A DNA stretch of 53,962 nt, filler included, from Jimgerdemannia flammicorona (Eukaryota), in the NCBI GenBank assembly GCA_003990765.1. It is 2 parts of 2 records of this genome, joined end to end, with 100 filler letters (N's around TTAATTAATTAA, not from the genome) between each part and the next. Parts side by side here need not be neighbours in the genome. Positions count along the whole stretch, not along the records: positions 1 to 26,931 come from RBNJ01000676.1; 1 more part is not named here. One strand, written 5' to 3'. Position numbers and translations under genes: made by a program. A model generated the notes under the pieces. It did no database searches, was not told where the DNA came from, and was given only the letters and a program-made list of their open reading frames with translations. This document shows, piece after piece, positions 1-11,868 of this stretch (within the stretch, counting starts at the first letter, position 1; the number at the start of each line of letters is the position of its first letter).

Positions 1-29
1 TAAAAAAAAAAAAAAAAAAGAAAAAAATA

Positions 30-211
30 GATACATAGTTAGTTGACTAGTTAGTCAACTAAGCAGTATCTGCATCCACGAGTTTGCTAGCAGTTCGAAG
101 CTCTGCGACTTTCTCTTCTTTCATATTCTATACATTATTCTCTTAGCCCTCCAACTTGTATAAATATCCCCATGTTTGAGTGAACAAACCTCAGTTAGTT
201 AGTGCTTTACA
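30..211 (+). mobile_element. Truncated 3' part of an LTR, related to the Gypsy LTRs at 28988/37812
   Basis: TATAAATATCCCC..GAGTGAACAAACCTCAG matches TATAAATTACCCC..GAGTGAATAAACCTCAG in the Gypsy LTR (~29228-29267); ends in ..TTTACA; perfect 11-bp inverted repeat TTAGTTGACTA/TAGTCAACTAA at 39-62. Confidence 0.4.
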
Positions 212-600
212 ATGTAAAGAGTTCAAGAGTAAGAACTTAGTAATATACTTGCTGCCTCGAAGAGACCTTCTGAATAGATCACTTCATCCCTGAAATATCT
301 ATTCAAACTCCCAAGCTTCTATATCTTAGATAACCTTATATTGCTCCACCATTGTCCTCAATACGAAGACCGCTGTGATTAACCATGCAAAGAGTAAGAG
401 CAAAGAAATGAATCAAAGTTCGAAACGTGAACCACCACCACTGAATGATGCGGAATACCTATCAAACACAATCCAGTAATTTGTTGAAGCTAGCTGCCTT
501 TAAACGTGGGAGGTGACTGAGTTACTAGTCATGCGGGGGAGAATTTCAGTAACGGAAAGTAATGTGTTTGAAGTCATAGCATTTATTGATGGGGAGAGTA

Positions 601-701
601 CTATGCAACACAATTGAAATAGCCATAAACAAACCTATTTTATAATAGATATATGAGATAACATCGGTTTTGTTTATGGCTATTTCAATTGAGTTGCATA
701 G
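601..701. mobile_element. MITE-like element, ~35-bp terminal inverted repeats, TA on both flanks
   Basis: CTATGCAACACAATTGAAATAGCCATAAACAAACC (601-635) vs GGTTTTGTTTATGGCTATTTCAATTGAGTTGCATAG (666-701): 1 mismatch plus 1 indel; TA at 599-600 and 702-703. Confidence 0.7.
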
Positions 702-920
702 TATAGCGCCACCGATTTCACACGTTGTGCACGTAAGCTCTTTTCAAAAACACAAACCTCACGATTTGATGTATACCATTATACCATTGTCGCGTTGTTG
801 ATCAGAAGTAGTGATCTTCCTCGATCGTTTATACAGAATCATTGTTAAATGCTCGACATCCTGTGCACATTGAAAAGTAGGCACTTTGTTTCGAGCCCTT
901 CTCTTGAAAGAATCCTTTAT

Positions 921-2891
921 TCAAGAATGCGGAACCTCTTCCGCTTCCTGCACAACCGATATTATCCTCGGCAAATTTGGCACCTGCACATACCCTTTTG
1001 CGGCCTCCACACTCGCACCTGCACCCACATTCGTTGCTCCGTCCTCGTTCGCGTAATTAATTGTAAGCCGCCATCGATTGACGTCATATACCCCCGCCTG
1101 CTGGAAACATGCATGCACAGTAATATGGTTCGTGGCGTCGGGGACCAGCGTACCGTTACGTAGCGTGGCACCGGACCAATGGAAGGGGAAAACGTTGGTT
1201 GTGGATTTATAGTGTGGACTGCCATTACAAAATAGAATAAACGGAATTGTTAATCTTCTTGAGACTGACAGAAGGTCGTAATCACCAACGCAGAAAATAA
1301 ATATCACAATTACCCTCTCGTTGCTCCTGTCTGCAACGATGTGTTGCCATTATTCCACGCAAGCATCTCCAACGAAAAGTTCACGGTTTTGTTCCAAGCG
1401 CAGTTTTTAATGGAAATTAAAACAGGCACTATGCATAGCCTGCATATACGAAAGATGTCAGTGCACACCCTCCAACGTCTCGCCATCAGGTAATCACCAA
1501 ATAAATAATTGCGCGATACCTACCCAGATTTCGTGAAATCGAACGCATGCACATCCGCGCACCGCACCATTACCTTTACGGGGCTTTCATCTTTGAAATA
1601 TTTATTCTTCGTCAAACTATTTACCAGCACTGCACGCTCCTTCGTAGTGGCCTCGTACATGGCGCGAGTGGGAGCGGCGGTAGCCTCCAGCAATGCTCGA
1701 GAACCTTGGAAAGGGTTCTGTTGCACGGCCAAATTGATACCGATGATATAATGATGGCCGTGTCGTTGCATGTTTGGGATCCGCCAATAAAGTGCCAGGT
1801 CAATGTCGTTCGCGCCGTAGAGGGTGAAATAATTGCGCGGACGTTTGGCGAGAAGAGTGCTGGGGAATTGCATTGTCAGCGAAGCAGAACGCCATTGCAT
1901 ACGCGAAGTGAGGGCGAAATTATCGAGAGGAGTCGACTGAGCGGGAATAATATCGTCCGTCTGAGGGAAGCAAAGCATAGAGCCTAAGTCTGGATTACAA
2001 CATTCGAAATGGACGAAAGAAAGGGCTAGAAAATAAAATCCTCAACACTTTGTTCCAGGTTATGCGAAGATGTATAGTGTGCTTAATTGCGAGCAAGCGT
2101 ATCGTTTTCAGAGTCTCACTTACAAATGAAAGATTTGTCAATTGTAATTTGATTTTTGGCGGTGGTGGCATCTTGCTCTGATCACCTCTCAGCAATCGCT
2201 CCAACGACGTGGAAGTCCATTGTTCTGGCGTCAACGTGGCCTGCTTGTCGAAACTCGCATCTTGTTCGCCGACCTGCGAAGCTTCGGGTATTTTCCGTAT
2301 CCGGTAATAGGTGAATGTAGTCTGACGTGGCGGAATGGTGGATTTCGAGGCCTGGTCTTCACTGCTTTCGTGAAAATGTGTAATCACGACCGACATGTGT
2401 GAATTATCTTGCTATAGGCACAATGTACGAGCTCGGCACAACGGGAGATTTACAAACTTGGGGTCCGCATTGAGGGTGACGGGGCTCGCTACCCAAGAGG
2501 GACTGGCGGCCGAGAGTTGTGACAATTCAAATTCGGCAACAGTTTGCAAATTTTCAGTCTGGTTTTTAAACAGGATATAGGTGTAAGAGCAAAAAAATAG
2601 AGCTGGTATCTCCATTATTGAAGCCTCATTTTGTGGTTAATGCAATAAACAAACCTCAATCCCGAGAATGAATTCGTTCAATCCCTTCGTACTTGGTCGC
2701 GTGAACGCGTTAATCTTCAATGATGGTAGTACTTGGGTGGTTTTCGAACACCGCAAAGTCCGATAACTTATTGCGTTGTTATCTTCCTAATAGTATGGAT
2801 AAGACAAGGGTCAAGAATAAGGCCAAGAATAAGGTTGGTAGAACGACACTGCGTATTTTTTTTACTTGCAGTGATTTGCTTTGGACGGATA

Positions 2892-2939
<48 letters not shown>

Positions 2940-5900
2940 ATCATCCGACAGGAATCTCACTCACCTCAGACTGGTAGGTGAAAAGGAACCGGAACACATG
3001 TTTCCCTATCCGGTCACCACGAACCCAAACCGGCAAGCGCATCGTCGTGCCTGGTGCAAGAACGTGCTGCTTCATCGTCGGCAAGTCTTCGGTATGATGT
3101 GGCAGCACGGGCACCACACTTGGATTGAATAGTTCATTATCGAGTTCATATTCGTCCGCATGGCATGAGTCGGATGGTTTAGCCATTCCTTCTAAAATGA
3201 AAATCAAGTAGATCGATAATTAGACCCATCTCCTATAAATATCTATTTCAAACTAGGTCTCTCATCCTCACCATATATCGGCTTGCCCAACGCCTCCTCC
3301 TTCCCAATTACAAAGAAACTCGGATGACTCATTTTGGCACGAAGATCGGTCAACCCACGCTCTCCCTTATTGTTGATCTCGAGCACGGCCTGGACAACTT
3401 CGCCTGAGAACAGTACTTCCGGGAATGAGTTGAAGGTTACATCGAGAAGGGGCATAGGGGATGTGACATGCAAGTCGAGAGACCGATCTGGCGCATATAC
3501 GCGGTTAAACCGATTTTCGGCCTTGTCGTTGAGCCGTTTACCGTGCTTGTGGAAAGGATGGAAAGTGTGTACAAGGGCGTTGAGCGTGTAATGGAGGCCA
3601 CGGATGCGGATGGAACCTTCTTGCCGAGGAATCAACCGTAGTGTAATCTATGCGGAATTTCAATCACATTAGGAATGTTGAACCCATAGAATTCGTCGCA
3701 ATAAAAATAAATGATTAAAAATCGCACAAACAAACCGTTTTCTGCTGAAGCGGCTCGAGGATGATCTCGCCGACCTTCTCCAAATCGAGTGCACCGAAAG
3801 AAAGAAATAAAGTGTCCTGTATATCCCTCAATACAGCCTCCAAACGCGTGCCCAGAGGCATTCGAATTTCTCTATCATTTTCAGGAAGCTCTTGCTCTTC
3901 AGGCTCCGTTGAAATACGATGATGACAGCCGAGCATCACCTCGTTCAATGTTATGGGCACTTGCATGGGATTGTGCACGTCAATGTGAACAAGGACAGGC
4001 TCTATTTCGTCACCATGGTGACCCAGAACAAAGAGCATTCATAAGCCTTAATAGCACTCGCACAATTATCATTCACTAAGAGGCCACATGCTGCTTTGAA
4101 AAGGTAGGTTAAACTTACCACCAATTGCGCATAACACTCTCCCATCATCCTGCTTTAAAGTTTGCAGGGCACGTCTCCTATTGCCAGCATACAGGCCGGC
4201 CTCAATATCTTCTTCGAGCAGTTCTTTTTCGAGCGCCAGCCAGGCCTCTTCGTTGTCGTTGGTTGCGTGCGCATTCGATAGCACTACGCGAACTGTTGCA
4301 TCATTCACCGCAGGGATTGGCAGTCCTGCCAAACTGTCAATCAGTGGGTCCTTGCCCTGTTTTGCGGCGTATTGCTGCAAAATATGTGATGCTGTTGGTC
4401 ATACTGTCTGCGATCGCCGGTTGATTCAACACCAACAAACGGCAGGTTTTTATTTGAACAGGAGCTGTCGCGTAGGCAGACACAACGCACCTTATAAATA
4501 TATAAGAATTCTCTGATATATGCAGCTTGTTGTGCGGCTGATTGCCGACTAGACCGAAGAAGCTTGAGGAAGTACTGAACAGCAGCATCCAATTCGCCAA
4601 GATGGTACGACTGTCTACCGAGGGCGAAGTGAATGTGATCTTCGACGAGTGACCAGTGGTGGTCTTCAAAGACACGAGAGGCGACCGAATAACAACGATA
4701 GGCATGCTCGCGCTAATCTCCACATTAGATGAATGGACAAATGATATGATCAATACTTCCATGAATGATGAGGAGAGGGCGAAATATAAATTGGATGCCT
4801 CCGAGCATGTACCTGTCCGCATTTCGTAAACCGATGGCCAGCCATGACCAAGTGGAAAGCGTACTTGCGCACCATGGACTTGGGTGCCCGGAGGAAACAG
4901 TGAGCCGCTTGTTCTAGGAACAAGGCGCTCCTAAGGTCTGAATCCTAGTTCCCCAAGAAAATGAAATAAAATATCAGACTTTTCTTTTCTCTACATAAGT
5001 TTTCAAACTTCAGGTATAAAATAGGGCAAGGCTCTCTCCCCCCCCCCCAAAAAAAAAAAAAAAAAAACCCACTTCTCCAGTCATTCTAACCAACGCCGTT
5101 GGACCCTCCTTGTACATTTTCCTGTGCCTCAACATCTCATAATACATGATCGTCGCCCTCGTCGCGTAGAATGGCGACTTGCACCGATTCAGATAATTCG
5201 ACACCGAAAGTTCAAAGCTATGGTCTACGTCCGTCTTACTTGTTAACGCGCTCGAGGACATAAGTTGACATAGTCCGAGCATTTCCTGCGTGCCGGCAAG
5301 ATACTTGTACGCCTTGTCGTTGTAATAGTCACGTTTGACAACATCGTAGATGGAATGTGCGAAGCGGTAGTCACGTAGCATAAAGGCGTAGTCAGCGAGC
5401 TTACGCATTTGGGCCTCAGGAGCGTTGTGGGGATAACTGTGATTCATGAATGTAATATTAGATTCTCTGCGGGACAAACGAAACTATTACAAAACCGTGG
5501 GTGCCATTGACATGAAAAGCAGTTATATTTCAATTAAGAAGCGAATGCCAAGATGAAGCGACCATACATGCTGATCGTTGTGACCCCCGCAGGGCTATTA
5601 AGGCCCCACGCTTGGACATTCTGCAACGACTGCGGGCTGGGAGACTTGTTTCCTGACCCGAAAAACCGGCGACTTGCGCCGAAGAGCCGTCCTGTCAATC
5701 CGCGACGCGCCGAGGCTACTTGTTCGTTCCAAAGCTGTATATTCCTCTCCATGAAAGGGATGACGCTATGTACCACCATCTCCTTTACAAACGTTCGCAG
5801 CCCCTCCACATCCTCATCGTTCAAATACTGCCCATATCGAACCACAGGAGCTGGCAATCCGCTCACAAGCCCAAGGCCCAAGTTATGTGCGCTAGCGTTG

Positions 5901-7800
5901 CCCGGGACCCCCGGTCCCGGCGCCGTTCCCTGTTCGATGAATCCATCCTTGGGATCATGCAATGCAAGAAAACCGTCTGCAGTCGTGGGTGTTTGCAACG
6001 GCGTTTGAAAAGGCGTCTCAGATGTTGCAAGAATAGTAGAGATCGAGGAATAGGATGTAGAGACTAGGGTGAGAGAGGAGGCGGAGGCAGAGCGTGAATG
6101 TGTAGGACTGGGGAAAGCGGCCGAGGTTGGGGTAGAAGAAGTCATAATCGGTACAGGCGGAATCAGAAATGGTGTAGTGCTTGCGTTGATATTGGATGAA
6201 AGAGATGTGGAAGAGGAGGATCGCGGTGAACGCGGTTCCGCGTATGAAAGGAGTCGAGATTGGATATGGTGAGATTCCGTCATCTGTGCCGCCCAGATAT
6301 CGCGAATTCGCGGGTTATCGATGGTATCGTTTTCTGGTGACGTCCCCGCTTGAGGTGTAGACGGAATGGAAAAGGGGTCATCATTTTCTTGCGTTTTTTT
6401 CTCCGGGTCCGACGTACGGATGAGATTTGCAGGAAGCATGACGGAATTGAGCTTGAGAAGATGGCAATGAAGACCAAATGTCTTTTTCATTTTGTCAAAG
6501 AGTGTTTCTGAACTGAGGATAGAGAAGAGAGTCAGATTGCTTGATGGTATGCCCAGAAAATGCCCGTCTGTGATCATTAAAACAAAAATATAGCCACGAC
6601 GAAGGACTATACACTTTGGTGGCCTGCAATCCATCTGTCTGAACAAGATTTCCTGAAAAATCGGCCAAAAACAATACTCACTGTGCTATACTTGTCCGGT
6701 GTGCATCATGAATCAACACATAATATTTCAGTACATTCGGATCCATGAACCCTTTGTCGAAAATGGGTGCTGGCGACGCGGGATCGTAAGGCCGTAGCAA
6801 TGTGTTTATCGGATCTGGATTCGCAGAGGAGACGGCGATTATGATGGCCACGGGATGGTCAAAGGTCTCGTGTTCGGATGCACCAGCGAAGGTGAACAGG
6901 AGACGGCGAAATTCAGAATACCAAGGGGTAAGATCGTCCAGATTGGCTGGGTTGGACAGTACAAAGAATTTCAAAGGTGGAAGAATCCGCAAGGAGACCA
7001 GGCAAGAATCAGTATTCGCTTTGGCCTTTGATCATACCTCCAGAAATATGGCGTCAGTGTATAACCCTTCTAACAATTAAACCTGCGTAACTAAGATCAA
7101 GCGTCGTGCGCAAACTAACAGTACGTACTTTCCAAATATCTTTGACTGACATCCTGTTTCGTTCTGATACAATCGAGCGACTCGGTGGCAAGGTCAGGGG
7201 ATTGAGCCTTGACATAATCCGATATGATGCGGAACGCAGCGCGATGATCGGGCTCCTCGAGCTGAGTCAGATCAGCGAACCTTACGCTGAAATTATCGAT
7301 GGAAATCGGCAAGTTTTGCGAGTCGCGTGCGGAGACTGTGGAAGTAGAGAAGAAAAACTCAAGGTTGGACGGAGGAATCTAAGGCGCAAAAATCTTTTAA
7401 GACGCCCAGGTAATACAGGATGTATAGTTACGCAAATGCGCAAAACAGATAAAGGGCTTTTGGACTTCGTTGAAGTTCGGTCCACATATCAACCCATTTT
7501 GAATTCCCAAGTGGGACGACCAAAAACAGAAATAAACTGACCTTTTCCCTCAATTAGTTCGCCAAAGGGTTTGATTAATTCAACGAAAGTAGGCAAGTTG
7601 TTCGTCTGGCACAGTTCGTTCGCGTCCGACGACGCAATAACTGCGATGCGTGGACCTAGCGCGCGGGCGACGAAGTCACGCGGGGCTATGTGCGTTAGCG
7701 AGGGAGCAGGCGAGGGGGACATACGAGGGATTGGTGATCCAGTGGGCTGAGGGGACGAAACGGACGGAAGCGGTTTTAGGTGTTGAGGTTTTTCGTCCAT
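921..7800 (-). CDS. TRS85: TRAPP III-specific subunit Trs85/TRAPPC8 (multi-exon)
   Basis: ATG at 7800 (MDEKPQHL..); exons carry TPWY..SEHETFDHPVA, VIPFMERNIQLWNEQVASARRGLTGRLF, PEAQMRKLADYAFMLRDY, DLRSALFLEQAAHCF..RKYAFHLVMAGHRF, C-terminal PFHWSGAT..GVYDVNRW; GT-AG introns; stop at 921-923. Confidence 0.93.
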
Positions 7801-7862
7801 GATGCTCACGCTTCACCAAGCCTCTGTTGCGCTGCAGAAGTTCGAATGTTACCTGCATCTGG

Positions 7863-7870
7863 TGACGTCA
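7863..7870. promoter_or_regulatory. CRE/ATF-like palindrome TGACGTCA upstream of TRS85
   Basis: Exact TGACGTCA ~60 bp upstream of the TRS85 ATG in a 158-bp intergenic gap; function not shown. Confidence 0.3.
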
Positions 7871-7958
7871 TGTGCCAAATGGCCGGGTGACTGTTCTGCG
7901 CGTGCTGGTAGGTAATGTACAATTGCTTTATTACGCATGAGTATATATATATTGAGGC

Positions 7959-8991
7959 CTATACAGGTAATCTCCGCACCCTTCTTCTTTCCCGGCCTCC
8001 CAATCTCTGTCCCTCTGTTAAACCCCGTGCTGCCCCCCTTATCCCTTGCGCCATCCCGTCGTCCTCCGCGTCTAGAAAATTCCGTAACGACGCCCTCAGT
8101 CGAATGTCCACCGCCAAATCCTCCCGGTATCCCAGCCCAACCAATTCCCCTTGCCGATCTTCCTCTTCCGCCCCTGTTAACGCCGCTCCACGCTCCAGGT
8201 CGTCCAGATCCGCCGATGTGGGCCGCCGTCGTCGACGGTTCGGGCGCGGACGTCGTGTAGGACGTTCGCTATCGGATGAGGAAGTTGAAGATGTTGGGTC
8301 ATCCGATGGTGAAACAGACGCAGGCGGAGAGGAGGCGGAGTATGTGGAGAAAATGAGGACGATCTGAAACACCCATATGAGAACATCCAGGAGAATAAGG
8401 TGGATACGTGATGGAGGATGGACTGTGTTTGCATGGGAGGAAGAAAATGTAACGGTTTGGAATTCTGGCCAATAAACTCGAACTTCACTTTTATTCCAAA
8501 GGTTAACAGTCGAACAGACGATGGGTGCTTGCATAATGACAGGGTTGCAGAAGATGAAAAGGCGATGATAATAACATACGCTGCCCGACGAAATCAATTA
8601 TTATTCCACGATTCCCCAATGCTCCAAAACAGTGCCGCAACGACGTAAACACCAAGCCAAAGGTGACGACGTATACCGCCGTTCGTAGCGTGCGTGAGAC
8701 AGCTTTGGGCGAGAGGAACTGCTTCGGGAGAGGCGGTTTTGTTTACGAAGGAGTGATGAAGAGAACACGTAAGTGTTAGGCGGAAGCCAAGGAATGTCCC
8801 AGATCTCGGCCAGGACGAATTACTGTTTACGCGGATGACGCCCTACCCTCTCCTCTCCTTACCAGTTGCACCACGACTCTAAACATCAGGGTGAATGCGC
8901 TTGCATCGAGAAGGTATGTGTACACAAAGTAGCAGTACAATAAGAGGTCGACGGAGCGTGAGATGTCTTTTTTCCCGTAATGTGCCGCCAT
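7959..8991 (-). CDS. DUF1746-family membrane protein (Dsc4/Vld1-like, Dsc E3 ligase complex), 3 exons
   Basis: Spliced model MAAHYGKKDISRSVDLLLYCYFVYTYLLDASAFTLMFRVVVQL|QFLSPKAV..LRHCFGALGNRGIIIDFVGQ|LHPPSRIHLILLDVLIWVFQ..; QFLxPK, GxIIDFxGQ and LxxLDxxIxxxQ match the DUF1746 pattern; GT-AG introns; stop 7959-7961. Confidence 0.8.
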
Positions 8992-9163
8992 TTGTGGACG
9001 AGCTTCGGAAATCCGTAAGTGTCTTAAATTCAGGCGAACGACCTCGCGTACAGAGGGATAGGTTCGACAACAGAAGACCGTTAATTTTCTATATTTGTGA
9101 GTTAAAGACAAGAACACTAGCGTTGAATGGATCACTTTGCCTCAAAAGATGACATCATCACTA

Positions 9164-9173
9164 GTCACGTGAT
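9164..9173 (-). promoter_or_regulatory. bHLH E-box ATCACGTGAC upstream of the DUF1746 gene
   Basis: Palindromic TCACGTGA core ~170 bp upstream of the ATG at 8991. Confidence 0.25.
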
Positions 9174-10022
9174 ATTGCCCTTGTCAAACAAAATAACCTC
9201 AAGGTTGTTCTTGTGCGTCGCCGATAGTTGAAATAATAAAGAGAACCAGTGAAAAGTTATTGTTATCTTTTCAGAGCACTTCACTATAGAAACTTGTTGA
9301 GTTTACTGATTTACCAACTATAGCAATATTTTGTATTGAGCCTTAACAGCTTATATAATATTTACATTACTGGCACACGCAATAATCTGTCTTCTCTTAT
9401 CACACTTGTCACGCTAGATTATCTTCTCACGAAATTCACTTCTCAAATAGAAACTCCAAAGGCTAATATAACTGTCATCCTTTAATATTATTAAGTTTCT
9501 AACAAGATTTAATATATGATGGCACAATGAATGACTTCTCAACTTCCCATTTCTATTTGTTTGTTTGTTTTCCTTTTATTATCCTCAGAAAAACCTTATT
9601 CCAGTTGTGAAGAAGAAAAAAAAACACTTGGCATCAATTATGTACAAAGAAACATCTGGAGCGCAAGATCAGTATCATCTTTCATGTGGACAATATGGAA
9701 TATTTCGGGGCGGAAATGTGCGTCGATGGGGAGACCCAAAATTTGAACCCAATATTCAAAAAACGAGACGGAACAATTAGGCGAGGAGGACAATCAGACG
9801 TGAATAATATGGTCACACATGTACTATGACACAAATCACGGATATTATTACGTGTTTTAAATGTGCAAATATTGCATTATATGTAATACAGAGAAACGCT
9901 TCAGAAAGCCTCGCGATTCCTCATCGCAGATGACTGCAGAAAATATCATGCATACTATTAACTGGTCGGAGAAGTAAAAAGTATTACCCTTACGAACGAT
10001 TCCGGTGGAGTTATTTTCTTTC

Positions 10023-10075
<53 letters not shown>

Positions 10076-10814
10076 AGAAAGAAAGAAAGAACGGGGTATG
10101 CGATACTTTGGGGAAAATGTTATCTTTTTATATGATGCCCAGATAACTTTTCTTGACCGCAGAAACCGGAATTAAAGAACAAGCTTATCATCGTAAGGTT
10201 GATAAGTTGGGTTGATTGCATTTTGTATGGAAGCTATTTTTCCTCAGGTGTATTCCCGCACATCAGTTGGTGTCTTCATCGATTGAGATGATCCGGCTTG
10301 CATTGGGTGTATTTTTCAATGTGATCGCCCTCAGATGTGTTTCTGCTGGTCAGTTTATATCTCATACAAGATGTGAAAATTCAAAATTGTCTTTTTTTTT
10401 TTTTTGGCCAGAATACTGTATGTATTTCTAACTCTAAATTGCTTTACTATTACAGTAGGCAGAACAACGGCTTCTATCTGCAGACCAAGCTTTTATTAAC
10501 TAAAATAATAATATATAAGTATATTTAAATTGAAACTGTTTTTATTTTCTAACAAAATGAGATTAGTTTTGATTTAAATATTTTATAACTATACTTTTAA
10601 AGTTAATTACTCTTCATAAGATTAGATTGTTCAACATATTCATATATCTCTAACATAATGTCATGAGTTATACATATATAATTTCAAACTCTCTATAAGA
10701 TATGTGATAATCTCCCAATACCAGATGTTTCATACTCATTCGCCATCCGTATATCGAATTTTTTTTTTAAAAAAAAAACAAAAAAAAAAAAAAAAAAAAA
10801 GATAGTTTCTCTGC

Positions 10815-11236
10815 TCAAAGGAAGGGCCGCGGCATGTAAAGATCGTAATACCGAGCAATGTTGTATAACTGGCGCTCTGGCTTGACGAAAAGGGTCTGCG
10901 TTAAACAGGAAAATTAATATACCTTATTGAGGATTGAGGATTGTACAGGAAGTGACGAACTCTTGTTGTACTAACCTCACACTCTGGTTTATAGCAATCC
11001 ATTGCCTGACATTCACCGCAATAAAATCCTTCTCCATCGTGGCAGCCGACTCGTGGGCATCTTGCTACTGTCATCATGTCCAGATCCCGTTCGCAGTGCT
11101 TGCATGTAAGTTGCCCGAGCCCGACTACCCGAAAACCATAGAACGTTGACCGACGTGGTTTAACGCGAATCTTGAGGTCACCTTTCAGTTGCTTCAGACT
11201 GATGATACCAGTCGTTTGAATAGTCTGGGTTGCCAT
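10815..11236 (-). CDS. Small Cys-rich hypothetical protein, ~113 aa, 2 exons, putative zinc binder
   Basis: ATG 11236; intron 10975-10896 (GTTAGT..TTAACGCAG) gives in-frame exon 2 TLFVKPERQLYNIARYYDLYMPRPFL*; 8 Cys as CKHC..CPRVGC..CGEC..CYKPEC; TATAATAAA-like box ~11291-11300. Confidence 0.65.
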
Positions 11237-11868
11237 CTTGTGTGGGTGTATTATTTTGAATGGAGAAGTGACCTGCGATGCTGGAGCCTATTTATTATAA
11301 CTGAATTGGCGCAGCGACAGCTTAACTTATGATAATGAGTTCAACTTATGGGGTCCCATGACATTTCAATATTTTTGGCATATCACGACATCTTTGTCAT
11401 CACTTGACCATTCTTGGAGCTTGGCGTTCTTGATGAAAACGATTCGTGTGTAACAAAAGCGAAATTCATATGCTTTTCCTTCTTTCACAACTCCTGGACG
11501 TGAGCATGAGACGCCAACGAACGATCCCGTTCCCAAGTGGCGTATCGTTCAAAATTTTGATAACCAGTTCGATGAACGATTTGATATTGTGCGTAATCAC
11601 TTGACTCATCGCAAGATGATATCATATGCATATGTGTGCTACCCTCCGGCAAACGGTGGTTTCACATCCTTCCTCCCGCAACCTTTACAACAATCGAGTT
11701 GAGAGAACGAAGCAACTACAATATTATACGAAACGGACAACTGGAAAGAGTAGTAAATTATATATATACAGACAATTGGTGAAATCGGTTGGATCATGTG
11801 TGATGATGGCACAAAACGAGGAAGAAAAAGTGGTGGGGAGAATCGGAAGTCCTATGACCGATAATTTT

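Noticed and set aside
212..440. Possible pseudogene exon on the minus strand
   Set aside because: Several stops and no identifiable family
2720..3132. Poly-Lys ORFs on the + strand
   Set aside because: Produced by an intronic homopolymer antisense to TRS85; homopolymer length may also be an assembly artefact
9530..10530. Short ORFs in the 1.8-kb intergenic region
   Set aside because: No recognisable motif or consistent exon chain; cannot support a gene
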